Shown: piece after piece, positions 55,041 through 64,000 of the stretch
How the letters are laid out: every line of letters begins with the position of its first letter
Numbering within the stretch: the stretch's first letter is position 1
Source of the DNA: a virus
Direction: 5' to 3' (one strand)
Virus record (IMG/VR): IMGVR_UViG_3300037200_000088
Coordinates: 1 to 64,000 of that record
Length of the DNA stretch: 64,000 bases
The notes under the pieces: generated by a model
What the model was told of the DNA's origin: nothing
The model's input: the letters and a program-made list of their open reading frames with translations, nothing else
Database searches by the model: none
Program-made: the position numbers and the translations under genes

Positions 55041-56006
55041 TCATGCTGCAGAACTCCCCACGCCGTACCCGCCTGGCAGAAAGGTCCGGGCAATGTGCGT
55101 GCTGAGCGCGAGCGGTATCTTCGCGATCATGGCGCTGGCCGCTTTGCGGGCGGTTCCCTTCGACGTCGTCGTGGGAGGCGACCAGCCGAACGGGTGATCG
55201 TGGTTTCTGCCGCGGCCGGTTCCGTCTGCCTTGCGGCCGTCGGCGGCGTGCTTGCCCGCAATGCGTGTGAAATCTTGTCCGCGCCTAGATCGATCGATCC
55301 AGTTCATACCCGGCGCTTTCACGCCGGTTTCCGCAACCGACGCGCTTTGAAAGCTTCGCCCGCTCCCGTCGAAGCGAAAGCCGGGAACCTTGCGGCCGTC
55401 AGGGTTTTGACTGTGGCCCGAGGTCGTGTTGTGCGCGACAGCGAACCAAGAGCCGCCATCGTTCTTGTTGCCGGTCTCGTACGGCTTTCCCTTGACGCCC
55501 CGGATGGTCGCCGGCATCAATGCCGGAACATCGCCCCAAAGGTGATAGCTCCCGAAATTCCAACGTGACCGGCCAACCCACGGGATTGCACCCTTCACGT
55601 TCTCGACGACCAGAGGGATATGCCGCCCCGCCGCCTCGCAAGCCTCGCGCTGAATGCGAAAGCAGGCGTTGAACAGGCGATTTAGCCGTTCAAGCTCGGC
55701 GCCCGTCTCGTCAGCGCGGATCGCGGCGGCGGCTGCCTTGGCGCGAGACCAGGGCATAGCCATCCACGAATACCGCTGGCACGGAGGCGACGCGGCGATG
55801 CAGTCGGCGTTGCGAAACTGTGATCCATGAAGCGTCATGGCGTCCTGGATCACCAGCCGAAACTCCGGCGCCCGCGCTATCCCAAGCTTGGCGTGCATGT
55901 CCTCCAAGTCAAACCCGACGACGTCCCAGCCCTCTTGAACGAAGCCTGCCGACCAGCCGAAGAGGCCGCAGAACAGATCCACGCAGAGCGGACGTTCTCG
56001 GGACAT
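55041..56006 (-). CDS. DNA (cytosine-5)-methyltransferase-like protein
   Basis: DLFCGLFGWS, ASPPCQ, VENV motifs. Confidence 0.85.
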   Translation of the reverse strand: MSRERPLCVDLFCGLFGWSAGFVQEGWDVVGFDLEDMHAKLGIARAPEFRLVIQDAMTLHGSQFRNADCIAASPPCQRYSWMAMPWSRAKAAAAAIRADETGAELERLNRLFNACFRIQREACEAAGRHIPLVVENVKGAIPWVGRSRWNFGSYHLWGDVPALMPATIRGVKGKPYETGNKNDGGSWFAVAHNTTSGHSQNPDGRKVPGFRFDGSGRSFQSASVAETGVKAPGMNWIDRSRRGQDFTRIAGKHAADGRKADGTGRGRNHDHPFGWSPPTTTSKGTARKAASAMIAKIPLALSTHIARTFLPGGYGVGSSAA

Positions 56007-56014
56007 CGCGCCGC

Positions 56015-56317
56015 TCAAAAGTCGGAATCCGGAGGCGGCGCAATCGCCGACAGCGGAACGTGCACGCCGACGTTCTCCAGCGCGAGGCGGCTCAACGGCG
56101 CCGGCTCCAATACGAACCGGCTGCCCAGCGCCTGCGCAGCCGCAAGGTTCGCCGAGACGACTGCCGCATACTCCTCGCTCGCGCATTCTCGGCAATCCAT
56201 CTCGTGAAGCTCCTTTCGAGGCGCGGCGATCTTGAGGTTTGCGGCGAGATCGTCGCGCCATTGCCGGATGAAATCCTTGCGACGCTGCGCGTCGGAAAGC
56301 TCCCAGATATTGGTCAC
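56015..56317 (-). CDS. Hypothetical protein
   Basis: GGAGG SD, GTGA coupling. Confidence 0.7.
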   Translation of the reverse strand: MTNIWELSDAQRRKDFIRQWRDDLAANLKIAAPRKELHEMDCRECASEEYAAVVSANLAAAQALGSRFVLEPAPLSRLALENVGVHVPLSAIAPPPDSDF

Positions 56318-57066
56318 GCGGTTTTAGAGACCTCCGCAAAATGCCACCCCTCAACAGAACGACCGCCGACCATCCCTCGAGTCCGAAGTGACGCCTTGTG
56401 GCCGTCTCGCACGCGAGCGTCCCACTCGGGCGTCCCGGCCTCAATGAAGACCGTTGGCGGCCCCGTTGATTTGGGCTCGTAGTCGAGGAAAAGCCGGTCG
56501 CGCACGAAGCGGTCCAGCGCGCGCGGATGGGTCGTAGGCTTGGCAGCGTGGCGCGTCGCGTACAGCCGCGCCCCAGCGATCAGCAGCGGCCACTCGGCCT
56601 CCGGAATGCCCGCAATCGCCCTTTCAACCAAAACCTGGGGATGATCGCCCTTGGGGTAGGCGGCCACCAATTCTTGAAAACATTTAGAAACATTCCCTCC
56701 CTCCTTCCCGTAGTCGGCGTCACCGTCACGCCCGTTGCTTGAGGGGGGTAAGGGGGGAAGAGTATATATATTACTTTCACAGGGGAGAACGCGCGCGCGA
56801 GAGGATGCCTCAGGCTCGGCGTCACGCGTTATGTTTGTTGCGTTTGTTACGTCACGTGACGGTTGTGACGTAACAGTTACGTCATCGTTACGCGCTTCCC
56901 GCTCCCGCGCAGCCTTATTCTCGCGATATCGACGTTGGCGCCCGGCGGCGCTGGACCGGGCGGCCGGCTCCTTGGCCGCGTCCTCCATAGCGTCAATAGC
57001 AATTAGCGCCTGCTCCAATGTGAGGCCGCTGGCGAGCATCGCGCGTATGGCCGCTCCGGTACTCAA
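56314..57066 (-). CDS. Putative replication initiator
   Basis: AIRAML..G, RQRRYR, VT-rich linker, F.EL..AYP C-domain. Confidence 0.65.
   Translation of the reverse strand: MSTGAAIRAMLASGLTLEQALIAIDAMEDAAKEPAARSSAAGRQRRYRENKAAREREARNDDVTVTSQPSRDVTNATNITRDAEPEASSRARVLPCESNIYTLPPLPPSSNGRDGDADYGKEGGNVSKCFQELVAAYPKGDHPQVLVERAIAGIPEAEWPLLIAGARLYATRHAAKPTTHPRALDRFVRDRLFLDYEPKSTGPPTVFIEAGTPEWDARVRDGHKASLRTRGMVGGRSVEGWHFAEVSKTA
56761..56892. repeat. Candidate origin: GT(C/T)AC/GT(G/A)AC repeats plus AT-rich tract
   Basis: About 8 GTNAC units in 56821-56892; AGTATATATATTACTTT at 56761. Confidence 0.5.
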
Positions 57067-57689
57067 GCGCCCCCCAACCACTCTTCAATAGTCTTGGCCC
57101 CCTTTGAGCGATTACACTGTGCGCATGCGGTTAGCAGGTTACCCTCATCATTGGAGCCGCCGCGCGACACGGGAACGACGTGGTCGACATCAAACGGGCC
57201 AGCGGTTGAGCCGCAGTAGCCGCAGGTGAAATTATCGCGACGAAGAATAGCCATGCGAAGTACCGGAGCCATCGCCGGCCTCTCAACACCAATCGAACTT
57301 ATGAATGCGAAACTCTCGTGAACACGCAATCGTCCGTCGTTGATTTCTATCAAGCCCAAGTCTACAAATCTAAGCTTAAGACGCGGCCAATCGCTGTCCT
57401 TCTCTATCCCGAGCACACGAGGAAAAAACTTCCAATTCTCATCCCGTCCGCTCTCATCAGGCGGAGAATAGGTCCAAATGCGCTTTATCGCCGACCATCG
57501 CACCAACCGCATAAAAATACGATGTTCGTGATCAGACAATTCCTCCAGTCTTGAGTCGTCCAAAAGAGAATGCGCGTAGCGAATATCGCAACTCGCCGGG
57601 CGCAAATCGCTGTAGGCCCTTTCCGGTCTTCTCGAGCGGGGCGTGAACTCCTCAAAGAGGCGATCAATCTGATCGGATATGCCAGTCAA
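57063..57689 (-). CDS. HNH endonuclease domain protein in replication module
   Basis: [10 protein letters not shown]....[11 protein letters not shown].....NL.TAC..CNRSKG. Confidence 0.88.
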   Translation of the reverse strand: MTGISDQIDRLFEEFTPRSRRPERAYSDLRPASCDIRYAHSLLDDSRLEELSDHEHRIFMRLVRWSAIKRIWTYSPPDESGRDENWKFFPRVLGIEKDSDWPRLKLRFVDLGLIEINDGRLRVHESFAFISSIGVERPAMAPVLRMAILRRDNFTCGYCGSTAGPFDVDHVVPVSRGGSNDEGNLLTACAQCNRSKGAKTIEEWLGGA

Positions 57690-58126
57690 GAGTCTTGTCC
57701 CTCCCGGCCACATTGCGCGGCAAGCTTCCCTTCAAGCGCCAAAACGACCGACGCAACGAAAATATCAGACGCCAACAATCGCTCGATCTTCCGCACCGCG
57801 TGCAAAACCGTTGTGTGATCCTTCCGGCCAGTCGCGCGGCCGATCTGCGGCATGCTCTGGATGGTGAGATGCCTCGCCAGATACATCGCGATTTGCCGCG
57901 GCAAGACGACGTCCTTGGTCCGGCGCTGAGAAAGGAGTTCGGTTTGGCTGATCCGGTAGTGCGAGCAGACGACGCGCCTTATCGATGGCAAGGTCGGGCA
58001 ACCAAAGCGTGATTCGACGTGAGGCGCTGGCGGCGGGAGCAGGTAGAGGTTTCGCGCTCCGAGCGCGTCTCTGATCGCGCCGCAACGCCAAGCCTCATAG
58101 GAATCGTGGCCAACAAACGGGATCAA
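57686..58126 (-). CDS. DnaA C-terminal HTH-domain protein
   Basis: [36 protein letters not shown]. Confidence 0.9.
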   Translation of the reverse strand: MIPFVGHDSYEAWRCGAIRDALGARNLYLLPPPAPHVESRFGCPTLPSIRRVVCSHYRISQTELLSQRRTKDVVLPRQIAMYLARHLTIQSMPQIGRATGRKDHTTVLHAVRKIERLLASDIFVASVVLALEGKLAAQCGREGQDS

Positions 58127-58458
58127 ATGACGCCTCCGCTCTTACGTGGCCTGCCCCGCCTGCGCTTCCCCTTGGGCTTCGTCAGCGCCGGGTGATCCGC
58201 TCCCCAGACCATGAGCGTTTCAGCCGCAGAGGCTTCAGCGAAGTAGATCGGCACGAATTTGACGGCCGCGCTCTCGCCGCGTTGGCGTCTGTAGCGATCG
58301 ACGTGGCGAACGTCGAAATCAAAAGACGCATTCCGTACGATAACTCTCAGCGGCTCCGGCAATGCGTCGAACGTGTCCATGGTGACTTTTTGCTCGACCA
58401 TGTTTTTGCCGACGTGGTTGCCCCCTGTCTGGTTCATTCGGCTGCCTCCGGCGTTCAT
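58123..58458 (-). CDS. Hypothetical protein (DUF6525-like)
   Basis: [10 protein letters not shown]....A motif. Confidence 0.6.
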   Translation of the reverse strand: MNAGGSRMNQTGGNHVGKNMVEQKVTMDTFDALPEPLRVIVRNASFDFDVRHVDRYRRQRGESAAVKFVPIYFAEASAAETLMVWGADHPALTKPKGKRRRGRPRKSGGVI

Positions 58459-59483
58459 CGAACGCCTCTTTGGTCAAGCGCCGACCTGCCCGGCGCAGGC
58501 TCACCGGCAACCGGAATGACAACTGCCCCGCGCTCATGGGCCGGGCGGTCTGGCTTGAACGAGGTGACGCCGCGGTCGCGTTCGGCGGCGAGCGCGCGAG
58601 CGAGCGGGTTGATCGGGCGCCGTTCGTCGACAAGGGCATTGATCGGCGCGGCTGGAGGTTTTGGCTTTGCCTTCGTTGCGCGCATGTCTCGTGCGGCGCT
58701 AGCGATGGACACGGCTGCGGCAGACGGTTGACAAATCGGCGATATTTTCGGGTTTGGTTGCGCAGGCGCTCTGTCAACCGGGGCAATGTCCCGTTTTTCT
58801 GCATCACCTGATGTCGAAGAATGAGACATGGCGACCGGGGGCTTTCCAACGATGCGACAACCTGCGCCGATCTCCACTTCCGCGACGCGCGGAGGATCGC
58901 CAGCGGCCCAAGCTTTCATCCTGGCAGCGGCGGCGGCCCTATCGTCTGCCGGCGGCGACAAAAAATGCGCCGCGGCGATCGGCGCAGGATTGCTGGCCAC
59001 AGCGGGATTTTCAGGCTCAGAAACGGCAGTTTCGGCGCCGCCGGTTTCGAGGAGCGTGACGGTGAAAAGCGCGGGCGGGTCTGCCGCGGGCGCGGCGTCC
59101 ACGATAACTTTCTCGGCCTCAAGCGAGGGCGTCAAAATTTCAGACACCGAGCGATCAGTCTCCGCAATCGCGCGCGCGAGCGCAGCTTTTACGATTCGGA
59201 GATCGGCCTCAATCCACCATTTCCAAGAGCCCTTGGCGCGGGCGCTCGCCATCTCCGCACGGGAGTTGACCCGGCGTTGCTCTACTGTAAAGCCGCACAA
59301 AAGCGCGATCTTCCGATAGTCGACAGCGGGGAACGCCTCGATCAGCGCCGCGAACGCCAGCCACCGCGCCCGGCTTCCCATCGCGCCAGAGGCGATGTCG
59401 AGCGGGTCCTCATCGTGAAGCGCGGCGGCGGCGACGATTGTCTGCGCAATCTCGATCAGCGTTGGGTTGACAGGGCTCGTCAC
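58455..59483 (-). CDS. Hypothetical protein
   Basis: Coupled at both ends; GEPAPGRSAL C-terminal motif. Confidence 0.7.
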   Translation of the reverse strand: MTSPVNPTLIEIAQTIVAAAALHDEDPLDIASGAMGSRARWLAFAALIEAFPAVDYRKIALLCGFTVEQRRVNSRAEMASARAKGSWKWWIEADLRIVKAALARAIAETDRSVSEILTPSLEAEKVIVDAAPAADPPALFTVTLLETGGAETAVSEPENPAVASNPAPIAAAHFLSPPADDRAAAAARMKAWAAGDPPRVAEVEIGAGCRIVGKPPVAMSHSSTSGDAEKRDIAPVDRAPAQPNPKISPICQPSAAAVSIASAARDMRATKAKPKPPAAPINALVDERRPINPLARALAAERDRGVTSFKPDRPAHERGAVVIPVAGEPAPGRSALDQRGVR

Positions 59484-59965
59484 GCGGCGGACCTTTCTTC
59501 GATCCGGGCGCCGGGCCTTTTTGCAGGCAACACCATGCGCCGCGCGATATGCGCCCCGTCAGCAAGCGCGTCGGCGAGAATTCGCTCAAGCACCTTCTCG
59601 CGAGACACCCCGGCCTCGAGCGCGAGTTTGTCGAGCTGCGTCACATGCCGATCGGCGACCCACGCGGAGACACGGCGGAACCCGGCGCGTTGCACGAGCG
59701 CGTGGCCCCAACGCTTGGCGTGGCGCTGAAGACTGCGAAGGGAAATTTTCAACCGGGCGGATATCTCCTCTGGCTTGTCGCCGATCGAAAGCCGCTGATT
59801 GACCAATAGCGCTTGCGCAACGCGCTCCCGGCGCCGGAGAGTCCGCCCAGTGGCTCGCGCCGCGTCTGCGGCGATCCGCGCGGCGTTCTCTTCAGGCGTC
59901 ATTAGGGCGATCGTGGCCAAGCGCGCCGCGCGAAGCATCTCCCTCCAAGGCGCGTCAGGCTGCAT
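59480..59965 (-). CDS. Putative DNA-binding protein (HTH/RHH-like)
   Basis: EISARLKISLRSLQR; LDKLA.EAGVSR. Confidence 0.6.
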   Translation of the reverse strand: MQPDAPWREMLRAARLATIALMTPEENAARIAADAARATGRTLRRRERVAQALLVNQRLSIGDKPEEISARLKISLRSLQRHAKRWGHALVQRAGFRRVSAWVADRHVTQLDKLALEAGVSREKVLERILADALADGAHIARRMVLPAKRPGARIEERSAA

Positions 59966-60305
59966 TCTTCGCGCACTCCGTTCCGAGACCTGACGCAAAA
60001 GCCGGACGCAACGCACCTGCAAAGATTTGGGCGATCTCGGCGTCGAACTCTTGCCGGATCGTCGAGATAAACTTGGGCTTGCCGTCTTTGTCCGCAGCGC
60101 GATCCTCGAGCCTGATCTCAGCGCGGGACTTGATGAGCTGGAGCGCCGTCGCCAGGCCATCCCAAAGCTCGGCGTCGAGCAGGACCTCGCGACACTCAGT
60201 ATCTTCGTAACAGCCTGCGGTATCGCGCCCGTGCCGCGCGCGGTCCTGAAGGCGCGCTATCGTTGCGGCGAGGACTTCCCGGCCTGGCGCGGTGGCGAGG
60301 CTCAT
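59955..60305 (-). CDS. Hypothetical protein
   Basis: ATGA coupling. Confidence 0.6.
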   Translation of the reverse strand: MSLATAPGREVLAATIARLQDRARHGRDTAGCYEDTECREVLLDAELWDGLATALQLIKSRAEIRLEDRAADKDGKPKFISTIRQEFDAEIAQIFAGALRPAFASGLGTECAKNAA

Positions 60306-60613
60306 GCCGTCCCCTGCACTCTGCGGAGGGTCGCCCAGACCTCGCGTATCGCCTCGCTGTCTTCCAAGGTGGACTCGGCCGGATCGCGCTGGTCTCGTTT
60401 GACGCACCGCATCACGGCCCAAACCGCGTCCGAGTGCGCCTGTGCGTCCTTCAGAGCCCGATCCATGGTTTCGATGAGGTTGGCGCTCGGTCTGCGCGGC
60501 GGGGCCGGTCGATCTGGGATAAACGCCGCCCCGGCGCCGCCGGCTGCATCTTGCCTATGCCGCTCTTGCTCCTCCACGTTCGCCATTGCGGTGCTCAATG
60601 CGGAATCGGTCAC
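60302..60613 (-). CDS. Hypothetical protein
   Basis: GGAGG SD, GTGA coupling. Confidence 0.6.
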   Translation of the reverse strand: MTDSALSTAMANVEEQERHRQDAAGGAGAAFIPDRPAPPRRPSANLIETMDRALKDAQAHSDAVWAVMRCVKRDQRDPAESTLEDSEAIREVWATLRRVQGTA

Positions 60614-61197
60614 GCCGCCCTCCGTTCGCGCTTCTGGCGCGCCGTGTTGAAATCGAATGGGTTGAGCCCGAGAGAGATCGGGTCGAGATGCGGGACGGCG
60701 CGCGGCGCGACTTCGTTGCAGGCCCAGAGGAACAGACCGGCCGCATCGGCTTCGTCGTAATTCTTTGGTTCCCAGCCGAGCGCGCGGCAAACCTGCATGA
60801 CCGCCGGCTTGGCGATCTGACTGCGGACGTTGCCCTTCCCAATCACAAATTTGCGGACGCGCTGAATATTCCCGAAGCGGAGATCAATCGACCGAAGTTT
60901 GCACGCGCCGCCGATCGCTCCGATCAGGGCGAACTTGAGTGCCGTCGCCCAGGCGTTGGTTTGCGAGCCCAGCGCCTGCTCCGGTATCGGGGCCTCGATG
61001 ACGACGCGATCAAATTTCTCAACCCGAGTGAGATCGGCAAACCACTGGATCGCGCGCGCCGTCGCCTCGGCAACGCCGTCCATCGATGCGCCTTCGCCTT
61101 CGCGACTGAAGCGGATCGATCCCAAAACAGGCTTGCTTCCTGGCTCACCGTGGGCGGACCCCGTGTTTGTAGCTACGTCAAGCGCGAGTATCCTCAT
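60610..61197 (-). CDS. RuvC-like Holliday junction resolvase
   Basis: ILALD.AT.TG, VIEAP, RK..IGKGN, DEADA. Confidence 0.85.
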   Translation of the reverse strand: MRILALDVATNTGSAHGEPGSKPVLGSIRFSREGEGASMDGVAEATARAIQWFADLTRVEKFDRVVIEAPIPEQALGSQTNAWATALKFALIGAIGGACKLRSIDLRFGNIQRVRKFVIGKGNVRSQIAKPAVMQVCRALGWEPKNYDEADAAGLFLWACNEVAPRAVPHLDPISLGLNPFDFNTARQKRERRAA

Positions 61198-61829
61198 TGG
61201 CTGAGCGCCCGCTCGATCGGCCATCCGAGACGGACGTGGCGGGAATAGACTGTCTGATAAAATGAAGTTTTTGAGCCGCCGCAAGCATCGGCCAGACTCA
61301 TGTGCTGTCCGTTAATCGTCACGTAGACATTTCTTCGAGTGTTGTTTGCCTGCTCGACTGTTGTGGCCCAACGACAGTTTTCCGGCTCATAGTTTCCGTT
61401 GGTGTCGATGCGCTCTATCGAGTGCGCTCCGCTCGGGCGCCGCCCCATGTCTGAGAGAAAGTTTGCGAAGTCGTCCCACCGTGAGCAAACCTCGATGCCG
61501 CGGCCCCCGTACATATGGAAGTGGCTGTCGTTTTCGTTGCGACAACGCTTTCGAAGCCCTTCCCACACTGAATATTCTGCGGTCTTTTTTCCCGCCGCGT
61601 CCCCATGCTTCGTGTACATCAAGACTGTCTTTTCTGAGTTGTAACACCCGCAACTCAGTGTCAGTCCCGAACGGATGGATGCAATTATGATGGATTTTTC
61701 TATGCCGCAGTCGCAACGGAAAAGCCCAACCGACTTCCCTGACGGGCTATGATCTTCCGCCTCCAAATAGGTGAGACGAGTGAATCGCTCGCCCACGGCT
61801 GGATAGATGCGCGGCTTGTATTTGCTCAT
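61194..61829 (-). CDS. HNH homing endonuclease-like protein
   Basis: CDCG..SCGC, YGGRGI.VC.RW, SIERID.NGNYEPENCRWAT..EQ.NN. Confidence 0.88.
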   Translation of the reverse strand: MSKYKPRIYPAVGERFTRLTYLEAEDHSPSGKSVGLFRCDCGIEKSIIIASIRSGLTLSCGCYNSEKTVLMYTKHGDAAGKKTAEYSVWEGLRKRCRNENDSHFHMYGGRGIEVCSRWDDFANFLSDMGRRPSGAHSIERIDTNGNYEPENCRWATTVEQANNTRRNVYVTINGQHMSLADACGGSKTSFYQTVYSRHVRLGWPIERALSQ

Positions 61830-62353
61830 TGAAGAGCGCCACCAGCAAGATCGTCGAGCGCGCCGGAGCGCTTCTTGCGTGAGGCCTTGGCCTTTTCCGC
61901 CGTGTCAGCCTTCATGCCGGCGAGATTCGCTTGCGCGTCGGCTTGACGCTGCGCCTCGCGGTCCCTCTGGGGTCTGCTGCGAAGGTCTTTGTCGTCGTCA
62001 GGCGAGCCGCCAGCTGCGGCGCCGAGCCCGGTTCCAGCCAAGCCCCTATCGCCGCCAAGCGCGTCGTCGATCATGTCGGCGGTCTCGACGACTTCGGGCT
62101 CGGCGTCGTCTTCGTGCGCCTTCAGTTTGCCGGAAAGGACACGGCGTTTCAGCAGGTGATTGAGGCCCCGGCGCGGGACGCCGGCATTCTCAGCGGCTTT
62201 TTTCAACTCCCCGATCTGATCTCGGACCCCCTTGCAGCGGTTCATGTAAGCGCCGCGCAAGGATTCCAATTCATCGAACTTGGACTCGATCTCGCCGACC
62301 CATCGTTTCGCGACTGTCGGATCAATGCCGTTCGTTTGCTGATCTTCGCTCAT
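61826..62353 (-). CDS. GapR/DUF2312-like nucleoid-associated protein
   Basis: KRWVGEIE....L......DQI.EL...A..AG......L.K.R pattern. Confidence 0.55.
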   Translation of the reverse strand: MSEDQQTNGIDPTVAKRWVGEIESKFDELESLRGAYMNRCKGVRDQIGELKKAAENAGVPRRGLNHLLKRRVLSGKLKAHEDDAEPEVVETADMIDDALGGDRGLAGTGLGAAAGGSPDDDKDLRSRPQRDREAQRQADAQANLAGMKADTAEKAKASRKKRSGALDDLAGGALQ

Positions 62354-62955
62354 GCGTGGCTCCTTGCGATGCGTAATGTGGTTGATGTGACGCCAACAGG
62401 CAGCCGCTCACCGTAACGGCCGCGCGGCCTGCGATATTTTGGCTGAGTTCCGAGATCGGCGTGTTCGTCGCAAAACGAAGCGCGGAAATGGGAGCGCGCG
62501 CCGCAGTAAAGCTGCTCGTCGTCATCCGAACGCGCGAGCGGCCATCTGCACATGCACTTTTCGAGCTGGAAGAATGTGACGGGATTTGACCCAGCGATCG
62601 GCTGCGAGCTGGAGACTTCCTTCGCGGGCGGCACGGCGTCAGAGTTTGGAATTGCCGGCGCATCCTTGCCCGCAGGGCCGGCGTCTACGGACAGAGCAAC
62701 CAGGGGCGTCGCTTGAGGCTTCGCCTTGACGGTCGCGCAAGCTTTGGGTTCGGGTAAGACGTGAGGGGCGGACGACCGAAGCGGCAGGCGGGGCAACTCA
62801 ATGTCGTTGCCCTTCAGCCTCACGCCGGGCAAGCGCGAGCACTTGGCAACGATCGCGCTACGCGACCGATCCATGATGGCCGCGATCTTTCCTGACGAAA
62901 GCCCATCGTCGGCAAGTTGACGGAGCCTTTTCTCGGATTGCGCGTCCCAACTCAT
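62350..62955 (-). CDS. gcrA: GcrA-family cell-cycle regulator
   Basis: MSW.....L..L..DGLS...IA....SRSAI..K..RL; L....CRWP....YCG.....FC.EH. Confidence 0.88.
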   Translation of the reverse strand: MSWDAQSEKRLRQLADDGLSSGKIAAIMDRSRSAIVAKCSRLPGVRLKGNDIELPRLPLRSSAPHVLPEPKACATVKAKPQATPLVALSVDAGPAGKDAPAIPNSDAVPPAKEVSSSQPIAGSNPVTFFQLEKCMCRWPLARSDDDEQLYCGARSHFRASFCDEHADLGTQPKYRRPRGRYGERLPVGVTSTTLRIARSHA

Positions 62956-63023
62956 GCTACCAGCCCATCCTCTCAACTATCGAGCGCATCAGCCGCGCGA
63001 TCCAACGCAAAGCGGCAACCAAT

Positions 63024-63212
63024 TCACCGCTCGAACAGAAACCCGCGGAACCGCCAGCCCATCCAAACAAGCTCCGTGATCCACACGGCCTCGACGACGC
63101 GAAGGGCCGCCATCATCTCATCTCCGAATAAAGAGGCGACGCCGAAAGAAAGGAACGAAGGCGCCGCCAGTGAACGGACGCCGTGGGGTGTAGCGTCCGC
63201 AAGCTTGTTCAT
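63024..63212 (-). CDS. Hypothetical protein
   Basis: ATGA coupling only. Confidence 0.4.
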   Translation of the reverse strand: MNKLADATPHGVRSLAAPSFLSFGVASLFGDEMMAALRVVEAVWITELVWMGWRFRGFLFER

Positions 63213-63520
63213 GCGTCGACGGGCTCGCGGTTGCTCAGCGGTTCGAGAAGCTTCGTGAAAACGGAGATATCGGCGTTTTGGTCGACGACAGGTCGGAAGA
63301 CGCGCTCATTGAAATCCGGCTCACAAATGCCAAAGTTTCCGTATCGCCGGCGTCTGTTTCTGATTTCTTCGAGCATGAACCCGACGAACCCCTCGTACGG
63401 GCGGATTTCCCGGATCGTGTAGACATGCCCGTCAACCGGAAGTTTCTCAGTTCCGTGGCCGAGCGCGGCCCAAGGACCGCGAACGTGAACGACCTTCTGC
63501 CCGACGTACCAATCGCTCAT
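63209..63520 (-). CDS. Hypothetical phage protein
   Basis: W.VGQKVV, G.VYTIREI, RVFRPVV...DISVF..LL. Confidence 0.75.
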   Translation of the reverse strand: MSDWYVGQKVVHVRGPWAALGHGTEKLPVDGHVYTIREIRPYEGFVGFMLEEIRNRRRRYGNFGICEPDFNERVFRPVVDQNADISVFTKLLEPLSNREPVDA

Positions 63521-63572
63521 TGCGTCACCCTCGCAGCCCGAACTCGCGCCAGACGCTCGGAAGCGGCGGCGC

Positions 63573-63998
63573 TCACGCTGCCTGCTCCGCATCAAACAAA
63601 GGCATTCCGTGCATGACTCTTTGTAGCGCCGGCAGGGGATCAGGCATGTCGGCCGGCTCCAGTCGAAGCGCCAACAAGCCACCCTTGGTCTCGCCGACTT
63701 CACGGAAGCCGGCCTTCCGATACGTCCAACCGAAGGTGCGCTGCCCGTGAACCATCGTCGGCCTTACCTTCGTCCGATCAACGAAAGTGACCATGCCGAG
63801 TTCGGGCGGATTGCCGTAGTGCGCGAGGGTCGCCGCCACCGCGAGGCGTATCAACTCGGAAGCCCTTTCGCCGCCCTCATTGCGAAAGGCCGAGCAAACC
63901 CAAGCGCCGGCCCAAGCGTGTTTGACGAATTGAGCGAACGGCGCCGAAGTGATCCAGAACGCCTTCGCGTCCCCAGTGATAAGCACGACGCAGGAACC
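63573..63998 (-). CDS. Conserved-looking phage protein, possibly Mom/GNAT-like, 5'-truncated
   Basis: Frame open to window edge; CSAFRNE, SELI..A, G.TYRKAGF..VG.T. Confidence 0.65.
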   Translation of the reverse strand, partial: GSCVVLITGDAKAFWITSAPFAQFVKHAWAGAWVCSAFRNEGGERASELIRLAVAATLAHYGNPPELGMVTFVDRTKVRPTMVHGQRTFGWTYRKAGFREVGETKGGLLALRLEPADMPDPLPALQRVMHGMPLFDAEQAA

Positions 63999-64000
63999 GG

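Larger units (their letters stand above)
1..64000. mobile_element. Myovirus-type phage of an alphaproteobacterial host (both ends extend beyond the window)
   Basis: Complete terminase-portal-head-sheath-tube-baseplate-lysis order; GcrA/GapR-like genes; no host housekeeping genes. Confidence 0.95.

Noticed and set aside
1-64000. Stop-codon reassignment
   Set aside because: Core genes are full length in code 11, all three stops are used, and the tRNA anticodon is CTG, not CTA

Overview
The whole window is phage DNA: most of the genome of a GC-rich, contractile-tailed (myovirus-type) phage of an alphaproteobacterium, judged from GcrA-like, GapR-like and RcGTA spike-base-like genes. No host genes are visible. 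Short + strand early genes (1-3262) include an excisionase and only a C-terminal integrase remnant. They converge with a long - strand unit that reads, from the right: replication/regulation (GcrA, GapR-like, RuvC-like, DnaA-HTH, HNH, initiator, C5 methylase, putative late regulator), TerS/TerL, portal, gp7-like head protein, DUF2213 protease, scaffold, cement, DUF2184 capsid, neck, sheath, tube, frameshifted chaperone, two tape-measure paralogs, baseplate, fibre/spike genes, GH19 endolysin and accessory genes including two glycosyltransferase-like ORFs. The most notable observations are: (1) three consecutive spike/fibre-like genes with Sec signal peptides behind a spike-base gene; (2) tandem tape-measure paralogs, one with a lysozyme-like and one with an SGNH-esterase domain; (3) an antisense moron made of a 537-aa unknown protein plus an atypical CTG-anticodon tRNA; (4) four free-standing homing endonucleases that each have a -10 box 6-7 nt before an SD-less ATG; (5) a repeated C-terminal TLTLDMSxPG peptide. 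Family names come from motif recall and synteny, not database searches.
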